From Eledone cirrhosa (lineage: Eukaryota), in assembly GCA_964016885.1 (NCBI GenBank), contig OZ024740.1, forward strand, positions 370,078,001-370,142,000: 64,000 nt of DNA, in the 5' to 3' direction. The notes beneath the pieces are model-generated. The model did no database searches and was not told where the DNA came from. It worked only from the letters and a program-made list of their open reading frames with translations. The position numbers and the translations under genes are program-made. This document shows positions 1 through 12,011 of this stretch, one piece after another (positions within the stretch are counted from its first letter, which is position 1; each line of letters opens with the position of its first letter).

Positions 1-116
1 ATAGAATGTATAATAACCTTTGAAATAAGGTAGAAAGATGGGTATATTTTTAAAGATGTGTATATATATATATGTGCCTTTGAGAAAAAGATTCTAAATT
101 GATAAAGATTTGGATA

Positions 117-1473
117 TTAGCTGTATACTTTGTGGAATGTTTTGTGGTATTTATGCAAGCAGATAGAAAACAAGTCAGCGCGTCTATTTATTATAGAATC
201 TAAATTAGATATAATGGTAAATTTTTCATTTAGACAGAGATTACAAATTTTGGATAGAGAACTGTTCAAGTATGTAGACGCAGAAGAAACCTTCTTCCAA
301 AAGATGCTATATTTAATATTTTTGTCTTTCAAGGACCATATGAGTTCTGAGAGAGCCGTGTTGGTTCTTTTAAGTTTGTATTTAAAAGACGAATGATGGT
401 TATAAAGACGAGCTTTAAAAGAGGTGGAAGTGGAGCCAAAATAGGTGAAGGAATTGGTGTCAGTTATAACTTTACATTCGTAAATTAAGTTTTTATCAAG
501 ACAATGGTTGTTGAGAGGACATTTATTTTTAACAGGGCAATTGCAATTGCGATTAGAGAGATTATTAACGAGTGACCTAGTGTTATCTATAGAAGGAATT
601 GGATTGGAGAAGTTATTTGCGATAGGAATAATAGTTTCTTGATTTAGAATGGGATTAAGAACATTTAGCGAAGTTGTGTTTGACGTTGTATTTGGGTTTG
701 CAAAAATTAGCCTAGGGTTTACAATCACGTCGGGAGTACTATTACTATTATTATGATATTCAGTGTTGGAAGGAAGAGATTTAGTATTTAGTATTTTATT
801 GTTGTGTTTAGAGATCATGTTGGAAATGTTGGAGGATGTAGAATAGGAAAATTTTATAGTGTGTTTGTTAAATATTTTACTATAGATTTGTGAGGGAGGG
901 AAGCATTTATTTAAGGCACTAAAGGATAATTTAGGAATATTGTTATTAATAGAGATGGAGAAAGGAGCATTATACCAGATTATGTTTTTGTATCTAGGTC
1001 TTTTATTAAAGTTATTGGAATGATCATGATTAATTATTCTACTGTAAGTTCTTTTAGAATTTGTTTCTTTACTATATTTGATTTTATCAGGATAGCCGGC
1101 TTTAGAAAGCGCGTTATTATAGTAATTGGTGTTAGAATCAAAGATGTTTTTATTAGAAGATAGGTTAGATATTCTTTTTCCAATATTACAAACTATAGCA
1201 TTCTTGATATTAGTAGGATGATTAGATTTAAAGTTAACATAACTTAGGTTCTCATTGTTTTTATCGTAAGGGTAATATAGGCCAGTGTCAAGATTAAGAG
1301 ATACATCCAAGAAATTAGCTAGTTTGATGCTGTTATAAAATTCAATTTTTAGGTTATGTTGGTTAAAGAGATTACGCATATTGTTCTTAATAATATTAAG
1401 GTTAACTATGTTGCAATTTAAGATAGTAAAGAGTCCATCGTCACGATAAATTCCACCGCGAAGTTGAGGAAAA
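117..1473 (-). mobile_element. 5'-truncated Penelope-like element (Naiad-type), RT C-terminal half plus GIY-YIG endonuclease, open frame
   Basis: ORF 117..1847 contains YRDD, FLDVSLNL, YVNFKSNHP (PLE RT palm/thumb), CNCPVKNKCPLNNHC, LIYEC...YFGSTSTSFKARLYNH (GIY-YIG), CNLCLNEK and the ...SICLH tail. Sequence 5' of ~1473 is fold-back plus microsatellite, so the N-terminus of the track ORF is spurious. Confidence 0.92.
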
Positions 1474-1681
1474 TTCCTCAACTTCGCGGTGGAATTTATC
1501 GTGGAATTTATCGCGGGTTCCCGACATATGGGGTTTTTCCTGGTGCCTTCATAAACAAAGTAAACAAAGAGAGAAAAAGATAGAGAAAAAGAGATAGTGG
1601 TTGTGAGAGAGTAGATTGGAAGAGAGACAGAAAGAGGGAGAGGAGGCAGAGAATGATAATGGAAGAGAGCTGGTGGTGCTG

Positions 1682-1756
<75 letters not shown>

Positions 1757-2153
1757 TGTGTGTGAATATATATATATATATGTGTGCGTTTATGACCAGT
1801 GCATATAGATTACAGACATCCACATATATATATATATACACACACATACATATACATGTATATGTTTACACATACACACATATATATATATACATACACT
1901 CACGTATATATATAGGCATTCCAGTTTCATTTCACATTATATACATGTCTGTGTATATTTTTATTATTTAAAAATTATTTTTAAGTGAACACGATTTTTA
2001 AAAAAATATTTTTTTAGTGAACATGACCCAACAGGTCACGGGTGGTCTAGTTATATATATACATATATACATATGTACACATACATATATGTATCGAAAT
2101 ATATGCGGCGTTTGTGTGTGGATGAGTTTATTTGTATATAAGCATGTATGTAC

Positions 2154-2225
<72 letters not shown>

Positions 2226-2226
<1 letters not shown>

Positions 2227-2452
2227 GATATTAATAAATGGAAACTATATTTATAAAACCATATTTATTTAATTATACATATTTCAGGGATACCAAATTA
2301 AATTATGGTATGCCTTCATCAGACAAAATACAATATATAACAGTTTTACAAATAAGCTTTGACGTACCCTTTTAAAATGCAACCATTATTTTTGGAAGCC
2401 ATCTGGATAGTGAGTTGTTTATATTATTTTAATAAGTCATAGTGTTAAGGAC

Positions 2453-2527
<75 letters not shown>

Positions 2528-2763
2528 TATATAATTGCCCTTAACACTATGACTTATTAAAATAATATAAACAACTCACTATCCAGATCGCTTCCAAAAA
2601 TAATGGTTGCATTTTAAAAGGGTACGTCAATGCTTATTTGTAAAACTGTTATATATTGTATTTTGTCTGATGAAGGCATACCATAATTTAATTTGGTATC
2701 CCTAAAATATGTATAATGAAATAAATATGGTTTTATAGATATAGTTTCCATTTATTAATATCG
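2226..2763. repeat. ~231-bp inverted pair of PLE pLTR-like sequence around a (TA)n tract
   Basis: 2226-2456 is the reverse complement of 2533-2763 with a few substitutions; both are homologous to 62311-62520, which lies downstream of the Naiad ORF at the window end. Confidence 0.9.
2266..2330 (-). ncRNA. Type I hammerhead ribozyme in pLTR
   Basis: Minus strand reads TATTTTGT-CTGATGA-AGG(C)ATACCA..TGGTATCCCT-GAAA-TATGTA-TA-ATTAAATA. The plus-strand twin at 2659-2723 has GAAA changed to AAAA and is probably dead. Confidence 0.7.
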
Positions 2764-2766
2764 TAT

Positions 2767-3468
2767 ACTATTCTTCTAACAACTTCACCCCTCCCTCCTA
2801 ATATTCTCTATAAAAACCAAATAGGTCCTCAGTAATATTATTCTGATGAAATGACAGCAAATAATAACATTGAAATATTGAATGTCTGCATAACTAAAAC
2901 TTTGTAGATAGCAGCTATTTTCAGGTTATGTAACTGTTATAGAAACACGTGTCAATAAATTCCTTTCAACTAAACTGTATCCATTCAAATCTTTCTATTT
3001 TTCTCCGGATTAATTTTGGAACTACAACTGGAACCGTCGAGCAAACTCTACGTGAGCTGTCAATCTACTGTGTAATATTTATATTACAACACAACGGAAA
3101 ATACTGTATATATATATATATATATATATACAGTATTTTCCGTTGTGTTGTAATATAAATATTACACACAGTAGATTATCAGCTCACGTAGAGTTTGCTC
3201 GACGGTTCCAGTTGTAGTTCCAAAAGTAATCCGGAGAAAAATAGAAAGATTTGAATGGATACAGTTTAGTTGAGAGGAATTTATTGACACGTGTTTCTAT
3301 AACAGTTACATAACCTAAAACAGCTATCTACAAACTTTTAGTTATGCAGACATTCAATATTTCAATGTTATTATTTACTGTCATTTCATCAGAATAATAT
3401 TACTGAGGACCTATTTAGTTTTTATAGAGAATATTAGGAGGGAGGGGTGAAGTTGTTAGAAGAATAGT
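2767..3468. repeat. ~340-bp inverted pair (tail-to-tail PLE 3' ends) around (TA)n
   Basis: 2767-3106 vs 3131-3468 are reverse complements with scattered mismatches; they contain a hammerhead-like core CTGATGA-AATG..CATT-GAAATATT (2843-2879). The right arm continues toward the Naiad ORF at 4350. Confidence 0.88.
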
Positions 3469-3961
3469 TGAAGGAGTGGTTTTTCGATAGCAGTGAGAAT
3501 TCTTGGTGGCAGTGAGTAATTAGATTCCCATCTGTTGTTTTGACATTTTTTATAGAATATATTATTGGTTATTTTTCTAAATCTATAGAAGGATTAGAGA
3601 TAGTAAAGATATGCGTGGTTGGTTTTGTGTTTGCACTTAATTAACATTCAGACTTAAATTTTTCTTTCAAGTGTACGTATCCTTTCACCCACGCATTCAC
3701 ACACAAATATATTTGCACACCTCTACAAAATACATATACTCACAATTCACATATTCATACTTACATATATATACACATGCATACACATATATATACACAC
3801 ATGTATTCATGTACATACATACGCGCTCATGTGTATACATTTTCATACTCAACTTATCTTTATATACACACGTATAGACACACTCATATATACATACATA
3901 CTCTAGTCCATGTGTACACACATACACATACTTACACATCCATATACACATATATACATAC

Positions 3962-4028
<67 letters not shown>

Positions 4029-4349
4029 CATATATACATACACATACATATACACATATATACATACATATATATATATAAGCACTTTAATACATGAATA
4101 CACTTACATCTAACTATACACATCAAACATATATATATATTTACTTATTTATATACATTTTCACATATATATACATACTTATGGACGTTTTCAGACACAT
4201 TCATTATCGCATATTTGTACCTATTCTCATCAGCATATCTTTTCATTATTAGTATGGTAATTTAAGGTTATTAATATATGTTGAGAAGAGATTGTTTTTA
4301 TATTTTTCTAACTAGATTAAGGTTTATATAGTTGGGGGATGTCCCTCTT

Positions 4350-5040
4350 TTATGTAATATTCGGCTTGTAGTGGGAAAAAAGGGTTTTAGTTCTGTGACG
4401 GCAGAATAATGTTCGTTCAATTCTGTTATTCAGCAGTTTCTTCTTGTGTGTGATTATGTAATAAATCTCAAGATTACATAATTTGCAGAAATTTTGGCTC
4501 CTGGAAAAGCTTTGGGTTTTAGCTAATTTTTCCCATTTTAGGGTAAACTTTTGGTCGCTATCCCTGAGCGTCCAAGCTTTTTCTGCTAAAGTTGTTACAT
4601 TTCTTTGGCTCTGGTGTTTTATTGAGTAAGAATGCCTATACAATCGAGATTTAAACGATGTTGCCGTTGATCCCACGTAATACCACTCGTTACCTCCGGA
4701 TTTAATGGTACACTTATAAATAATATTTTTTTCCAGGCAGTTATTGCCGAGGGGGCAGTTGTCAGGATAGGTGCAGTTACAGTTGTGTACGTTGGGTTTT
4801 CTCTGGAGTAGTATTGCGGACGAACTTAGGTGTGGTTTATTTATGTTCTGTAGTGTATTGTCTACTGTTTTTTTTGTGTTCTTTGTACTTAAGTTCTTAG
4901 TGTTTTCGTTTAACCTTCTAGTATTGATCTTTTTTATGTGTTGTTCAAGGTTTAACGCTGTAGAGTATGACAGTCTTATAGTGGTAGGGTTTAGGATTTT
5001 GTGGTATTTGTGTGATGTGGGAAAATGTCTGTGGGAAAAT
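4350..5040 (-). mobile_element. 5'-truncated Naiad-type PLE, linker plus GIY-YIG endonuclease
   Basis: IRLSYST, CNCTYPDNCPLGNNC, IIYKC...YYVGSTATSFKSRLYRH, CKLCNLE, CRHR; the first ~10 codons of the track ORF come from the adjacent antisense SINE. Confidence 0.9.
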
Positions 5041-5150
5041 ATCCCGCCGAGGTTAACTTTGCCTTTCATCCTTACGGGGTCGATAAAATGAAGTACCAGT
5101 AATACGCTGGGATAATTGCTGGCCTTGTGACAAAAGTAGAAACAATTATA
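5041..5150 (+). mobile_element. Meta-domain SINE, 3' half
   Basis: CTTTGCCTTTCATCCTTACGGGGTCGATAAAATGAAGTACCAG core followed by GGCCTTGTG..AGTAGAAACAATTA tail. Confidence 0.85.
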
Positions 5151-5269
5151 TAAGTCTATTTTGGTCAGCCTATGAACTTTTCTGTCGATCCTCGAATCAT
5201 TACGAATCTCCCGAAGCTCAATATAGCTCTAGTATAACACTCCATATGGCATCCAGATTGAAACTGTAA

Positions 5270-5880
5270 TTCCTAAACAACTGTAAATAACAGATAAAAA
5301 CTGCACATCATTTCATATATACCAGAACTTCCTTAATAGGCAAACAAACCAACTCCGCTACTCTACCAACATGAACCTTGAAACCTTTATAACTATGATA
5401 AACCATAGACGATTAAACATCTATGAACAATCAATTTTTCACTACAACACCACGGTAGAACCAATGACGCCTAAATTAACTGCAAATATATAACACAACC
5501 AAGCCTAAATAACAATATATGCACCAGTGCAGCAGATTCTGAAAACACACAAACACAACAAACTTAACTCCTAGATCCATTATACTAGAACAAGACTTGA
5601 TGACAAGTACAATGGGGTCAGATTGTAGCAGACAGCCTGAAAATAACTGGCAGTTGAAACTGAATCAGCAAATCATACCAGTGTGAACGGCGAGAAAGCT
5701 ATCTCTTCTCGGTTAAATACTAAGCATTATAACATGTAGGGAGTTAATACGTTCAAGAAAAACTAGATTTTTTTAATTACGCATATAGATCATTAAAGCC
5801 CTTTTCAAGGTACAAGGTGCTACAACCTAATTAATGCTTATAACCCAATTAATTACACTTTCTCTACATAAATATATATG
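5270..5880 (+). pseudogene. Highly decayed Naiad-type PLE fragment
   Basis: Manual translation gives DKNCTSFHIYQNFLNRQTNQLRYSTNMNLETFITMINHRRL, which aligns to the HKYHKILNPTTIRLSYSTALNLEQHIKKINTRRL segment of the 4350 ORF; downstream sequence is frameshifted. Confidence 0.55.
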
Positions 5881-6798
5881 ACACTAAGTGATAATAATCG
5901 ATCTCCAGACATATATATAAAATAAAATCTGTTCCTCGCAACACATTCACATCCATAACATCATAAATAAGTATAAATAACGGTATATGTGCTTATCATT
6001 CACAATATATCGCACCATTATTGTAGAAATAACAATACTTATGAAAACAAAAATATAGAAAGTAAAATACAAAATTCTTATCGGAATCCCATTGCGTCCA
6101 TCTACATATATGAAACTCATTAACTACCCACGCACAAGAAATCTAAATAAAACCGCATCAAAACAATATTTAATACTTAACAACTATTACTCCACCGTAA
6201 TGTTATCAAAATAACTGTTCACTACTTTGTATAAAAAAGCAACTCATCTTAAAACATAATCCCACCTCGTACAACTTTAGACATAATAAATCTACCTAAA
6301 ACTCAAATGACCAGACAGAAAACATGCCACCAACAAATAAAATAAATTCAAGACAATAACATCAGAAAGACGTTGGAAAGGTAACTCTTCCATTTAAAAT
6401 TATTTTAAGCTTATTTTTCATTTTATCTTTCTCAAGTTCTAAATGGGCATATATCCACTCCCTAACAATAAAGTAAATGTAAAGTAAGTAGAACACAAAT
6501 AACGGATTAAATTATTGCAATTTTCAAGAATAGCCAACCAATTTGTTAAACGCTGATTTGTCATCCCACCACTAAAACGATTTACCGGCTCACCTCGATG
6601 ATATTAAACCCTCAACGTAACCGATGAGCTCTAATTATAACATTTTCTAGCGCAGTAAGCATTAATTTTGGGGTATTGATAATCACCAGATTAGCCTTTT
6701 TTCAGGTGCATGGAATTGCAACGAAACACGTATTAGAATTATTAATCAGCTACTGTTATTTTTCAAACGGTTGATATCTCCCCCTCCCTCTCTCTCTG

Positions 6799-6854
<56 letters not shown>

Positions 6855-6857
<3 letters not shown>

Positions 6858-7039
6858 AAAAGTTGCACCCCGACGGCAGAGATCAAGCCGTTTCGACGGC
6901 TATTTCCAGGAATAGCCGTCGAAACGGCTTGAGCTCTGCCATCGGGATTAAACTTTTTCCTTTTACCCACTCTACTACCCTAAGTATTGAGTACTCTGGT
7001 GCGTTATGGTCCATCTGGTTCCTTACCTCAGCTCCTTCG

Positions 7040-7040
<1 letters not shown>
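6855..7040 (+). mobile_element. Short non-autonomous element with 5' fold-back, in (TA)n
   Basis: Arms 6855-6904 / 6911-6959; the 3' part (ACCCACTCTACTACCCTAAGTATTGAGTACTCTGGTG) recurs at 61859-61998, with relatives at 25625-25805 and 33065-33105. Confidence 0.75.
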
Positions 7041-7092
<52 letters not shown>

Positions 7093-7093
<1 letters not shown>

Positions 7094-7968
7094 GAGGTAT
7101 GTCTGAAAAGTTCCAGGACTGATGTCACAAAAGCTTTATTTCAAACCCAAACCTCACACTGAGAGTTTTCCCCTTCAAAGTCATCCCCCTGGAGTCTAAT
7201 GCACTTTTCCATCCTTTTCTGCCACGCTTGCATGCACTCCTGGAAGGATTCTTCCGGGATCCTCCGCAGTTCCGTCGTCACGGCCTTTTTGTTGTCGTCC
7301 ACGTCTTCAAAACGGGTCCCCTCCAGGTCGTACTCGAAGATCCATGACTCATCACCGGTGATGACTGACCCTAGCAAGTCTGGTTCGGTTTCAAGACGCT
7401 CGAGGATGTCCTGGTACACTTGCATGCGTCGACCCTTCTGGTCATCGTTCAGCAGTTTTTGCACCATCTTCTCGCAGACTTTCCTTATATCCAAATCTTC
7501 AGTGAGAATTTTCCAGACGCTGTCCCGATCCATGCCCAGCTCATTTGCCATCAGTCGAACAGTCAGCCGACGATCGCTACGCACCATCTGCCTCACGCGC
7601 TCAACGTTGACCTCAGTCCTGGTTGTTGGGGGCCTTCCGCTCCTGGGGTCATCTTGCACCACTCAAAAACACGTGAGCGTGACATCCTCTCATCTCCATA
7701 CACTTGCTGCAGCAATCCCACTGCTTCTGTCGGAGTTTTCTCCAACCGACCAGAAACTTCAAGTTTGTTCGTTGCTCTGTGCTCATTGCTTGACGACCTG
7801 AAACAGAGGACATGTATATACAATTATGAAGAAAAGGTTGATCGCTGCAGAGAGCACAGTTACATACACCAGGGGGATTACTTTGAAGGAGAAAACTCTT
7901 AGTGTGAAGTTTGGGTTTGAAATAAATATTTTGTGACATCAGTCCTGGAACTTTTCTGACACACCTCG
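7093..7968 (-). mobile_element. Mariner (Tc1/mariner) DNA transposon, internally deleted, ~100-bp TIRs, TA-flanked
   Basis: TA|CGAGGT...ACCTCG|TA termini. Frameshifted transposase: MSTEQRTNLKF, LQQVYGD..MSRSRVFEW, DDPRSGRP, ITGDESWIFEYD joined directly to GTRFEDVDD (catalytic middle deleted), C-terminus GDDFEG. Confidence 0.95.
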
Positions 7969-9115
7969 TATATATATATATGGCATATATTAGTATGTGT
8001 GTATGTATGTGTATATATTTCTGTTTTGCTTGCATGCAAGTATGAGTGTAAGATGCATATATGTGTTATCATATTAGCGTGAGGGATAGATTTGATAGAT
8101 ACATAAAGAGAAAAAGAGGCAGAGATGAAAGGATGTTTCATTAAACACAAATGAACGTTTAATTTTCATCACAAATAATCTAAATATATTTACTTTTAAA
8201 AAGCATAAGAAAGCTAATAATGCTTCTAGCTTCGACATATTGATTTCAGGTGATGACTATTATCAACAATAGACAGTTGAGCAGCCTGGAATCGGCGGGA
8301 ACCACCCCTTATTCTGCATCACTTGCCGCATAACCATTGATTCAACTTTGAAAGAAATATATTTTTCAAAGATTCTATTGATCGCTTCAGCATCATAATT
8401 AATAGGTTTTGTCACATTATACGCACACATGTATATAAATATATCTATACCTACATATATAAATTCATAGATACATACGTCACACACCCACATACACGTA
8501 TCTGTGCGCGTGCGTGTGTGTGTATAATAGAAGTTTATGTTCTTTATGTAAATTTGCCAAACACCACGACAATGTATCTACCAATAAACTATAATAACCT
8601 GATATTAATATGGCCAATTGATCGTTACTCTAAGTGCACAGGGAAATGTATTACTTTACTTTTATAATGAAACTAGTTTTAATTTCCGAAACTTATCAAC
8701 ATTATACCAACGAATGAGGCTATGTATATATTAACAAAACACTTTTATTCTTCAGGTGATCTATTTAAAATATACAGAACGTTAATTTATAAAACGATTG
8801 TGCTCAATAGATAAAGCGCGTGGGAAAAGTATTATTATATGATACAAGTAAACACTTGAGGTGATGAAGCCTCATATCAAATAACAGTTACGAAGAAGAG
8901 GAAACACTAAAAATCTAAATTATACTTATCCGTGTTAACGAAGGTAAAATTCTACGGATATTCTTTTCGCGTTCATAAACTATTCAGAAATATTACCTAA
9001 GAGGTCTTGTAAAGTTTGTAGCATCACTGATCAACCCAACCTTTTCTTATGCATTCACTTACTTTATAATTCATACATTACTTAGCCAAATTTTCTATAT
9101 GTCGTATATATATTT

Positions 9116-9410
<295 letters not shown>

Positions 9411-9414
9411 ATGT

Positions 9415-9446
<32 letters not shown>

Positions 9447-9739
9447 CATACACCTACGGTAGTAGGTGTATAATATTCTTAAGGTCCCATTTCGGTCACT
9501 CGCGACACCTTCAGAGCTTTGTCACTAATTCAATTTTTGATAGAATTGGATGCGGTTTTTTGCACAGATAAGCTACTTTTTGACATAAAAATATTGAAGT
9601 TTGGTTCAGTAGAAAAAAAGTTACATAAAAATAAGTGAGGACCAAAAGAGTGTAAGGAACTACATACATAAGTAACGCTTAGTTTGTTTCTAATTTCTAA
9701 TACATTAAAATAGTGATAGATTGTGCAATAGTGAATTGT

Positions 9740-9812
9740 GGTCAGGTAGCTCAGTCGGTAGAGCAGCGGACCGGCAATCCGAAGGTCGTGGGTTTGATTC
9801 CAACCCTGATTA
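9740..9812 (+). tRNA. tRNA-like sequence or tRNA pseudogene, apparent anticodon GGC
   Basis: 73-nt cloverleaf: acceptor GGTCAGG/CCTGATT, D-arm TAGCTCAGTCGGTAGAGC, anticodon loop CCGGCAA, T-loop TTTGATT (C56 mutated), mismatches in the T and anticodon stems, followed by T5. Confidence 0.6.
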
Positions 9813-9859
9813 CTTTTTCTATCTGCACTTCTTCCTATTCATTATTATTTATTTAACTT

Positions 9860-10047
9860 GATGGCAGGTGGATTGGCAGTATCGGTAGAGGGTCGGACGT
9901 CATTCTTTCCAGCATAGTTACGTCCCTTTACGATCTGAGTTCAAATCCAGCCGAGGTTAACTTTGCCTTTCATCCTTACGGGGTCGATAAAATAAAGTAC
10001 CAGTAATGCACTGGGTAATTGCTGGCCTTGTGCCTAAAGTAGAAACA
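9860..10047 (+). mobile_element. Full-length tRNA-head Meta-domain SINE with 19-bp TSD
   Basis: A box TGGCAGTATCGG, B box GAGTTCAAATCC, Meta core; ATTATTATTTATTTAACTT duplicated at 9841-9859 and 10048-10066. Confidence 0.92.
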
Positions 10048-10132
10048 ATTATTATTTATTTAACTTATTTGTTGATAAATATTTTTAATATTAATATAAT
10101 ATCCTTGCATTGCCTGGAAAAAAAGTGCATTA

Positions 10133-11320
10133 CAGGGAAAAATGCGGGCGCATGTAAAGAAATATTCTTAAATTAATAAACCTAGAAAAGTAAAGGACAA
10201 GTTATTACACCTGGAAAAGTAAAGGACAAGAACACTTCTTAAAATATTGCAGCTAAAGTCTAAATTTGAAAAAAAATATTTAGATTATAAAAATAAATAA
10301 TTATAAGTTAATTGTTAAAAAAATATCACTTTAAAGGACTGAAAAAATTACTGTCTTATAGGGAGAGTTGACTACTGTATACTTATTTTTTTTCTTGGTG
10401 TATACAAATTAATCTTTTTAAAATAAAATTTGACAATAATTTGTACAATAAATAATTAATAATAATAATAATAATTAATATGTACAATTTATTAATTTAT
10501 GTTATAAGATATTTAAAAATTTTCACTCTTAATCAAATTATATTTTTAAAAATTTAGTTATAAAATAATGCAGTAAAATAAATCAAAAACAGTGCATCAT
10601 ATAATTGCACTTTTTATGAGTATTACAGATTTTTTTTATAATATAGTAAAATTCAATATCTCAAGGGGCAAAATTAGGTAAAAGTCAATTCATCAATTAT
10701 TCATTTATAGTGAATCAATCAATTATAGTGAATTCATCAATTCATTAGATGAACTGTTGAATTAGACAATGTTTAATTTTTAATTGTAGTCTAATTTTAC
10801 TCTACCTAAAAATGTAGATTGGTTATTTTGATCTCTGACAGGTCTTAAATTTCATTATTAAACAATTATAATTTGTTATTATTTATCATTACAGTTGGCT
10901 CCCTAATTAATTATTAATTAATTGTAAGTGTCATTTACACGCCAAAATTTTGTTTTATTTGATGTTTATAATTGTCAATCATTTTTTCAGTCCCATTTAG
11001 TAAAGTAAAATAAAATATATTTATTTAATGACCCAACCACTATGGTGTAAATTAGGATCACAAAATTAAATAAATGATCATAAATTAGTATTATTATCAA
11101 TTAGACAGTCAACTGTATTATTAGAATTTATCACTTTCTATGTATATTTAAATCTAATATTTTTTATTATTCAAATTTATACTATAGCTGCAATATTTTA
11201 AGAAGTTTTAAGAAGAAGTTTTCTTGTCCTTTACTTTTCCAGGTGTAATAACTTGTCCTTTACTTTTCTAGGTTTATTAATTTAAGAATATTTCTTTACA
11301 TGCGCCCCCATTTTTCCCTG
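10133..11320. mobile_element. Non-autonomous TIR element (MITE-like), ~160-bp TIRs, TA-flanked
   Basis: TA|CAGGGAAAAATG... and ...CATTTTTCCCTG|TA; each TIR holds two GAAAAGTAAAGGACAAG subrepeats; interior is non-coding and AT-rich. Confidence 0.8.
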
Positions 11321-11335
11321 TAATATATATATGTG

Positions 11336-11374
<39 letters not shown>

Positions 11375-11676
11375 GTTTATACTAAATAGAGAAACTTTGT
11401 AGTGGGTGTGCCTGTGTGATCTCAGCAGTGGGTTGAATGATTAAATAGTTCACTTCACAATCCTGATATCCCAGGCGCAATCCTATTGCTTGTCACACAA
11501 CCTGTCACCAGGAAACTTCTAGTAGATCAGGTTAACGTAATCGGAGTCGATGGAAAGATCAAGAAGTTTCACGTCACTTTCACGAGCAGATGGTTGTTCC
11601 GTTGATCGAATAACTTGAATACCTCGAATTCTCATCGTCAGAACAAACAACAGAATAGAAAAAAGAAGGTTTCATG

Positions 11677-11808
<132 letters not shown>

Positions 11809-11927
11809 TGTGTGTGTGTGTAGGTGTGTGTGTGTGTGCGTTTATGTATGTGTGTGTATATGTGTGCGTGTGTGTGTCAGTCTGTCTGTCTGTTCGCATG
11901 TTTCTCTGTCTGTTAGTGTGTCGGTGA

Positions 11928-12006
<79 letters not shown>

Positions 12007-12011
<5 letters not shown>

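Noticed and set aside
1474-1847. N-terminal 125 aa of the 576-aa ORF as real protein
   Set aside because: It is fold-back sequence plus (TA)n read-through (YIYIYI); PLE homology starts at ~1473.
3671-4126. Many YI/HT/CV-rich ORFs here and at 11.6, 22.0, 32-37, 44, 49.5 and 61 kb
   Set aside because: Translations of dinucleotide microsatellites, which lack stop codons.
7199-7902. Plus-strand 200-aa and 160-aa ORFs
   Set aside because: Antisense shadows of the mariner transposase pseudogene.
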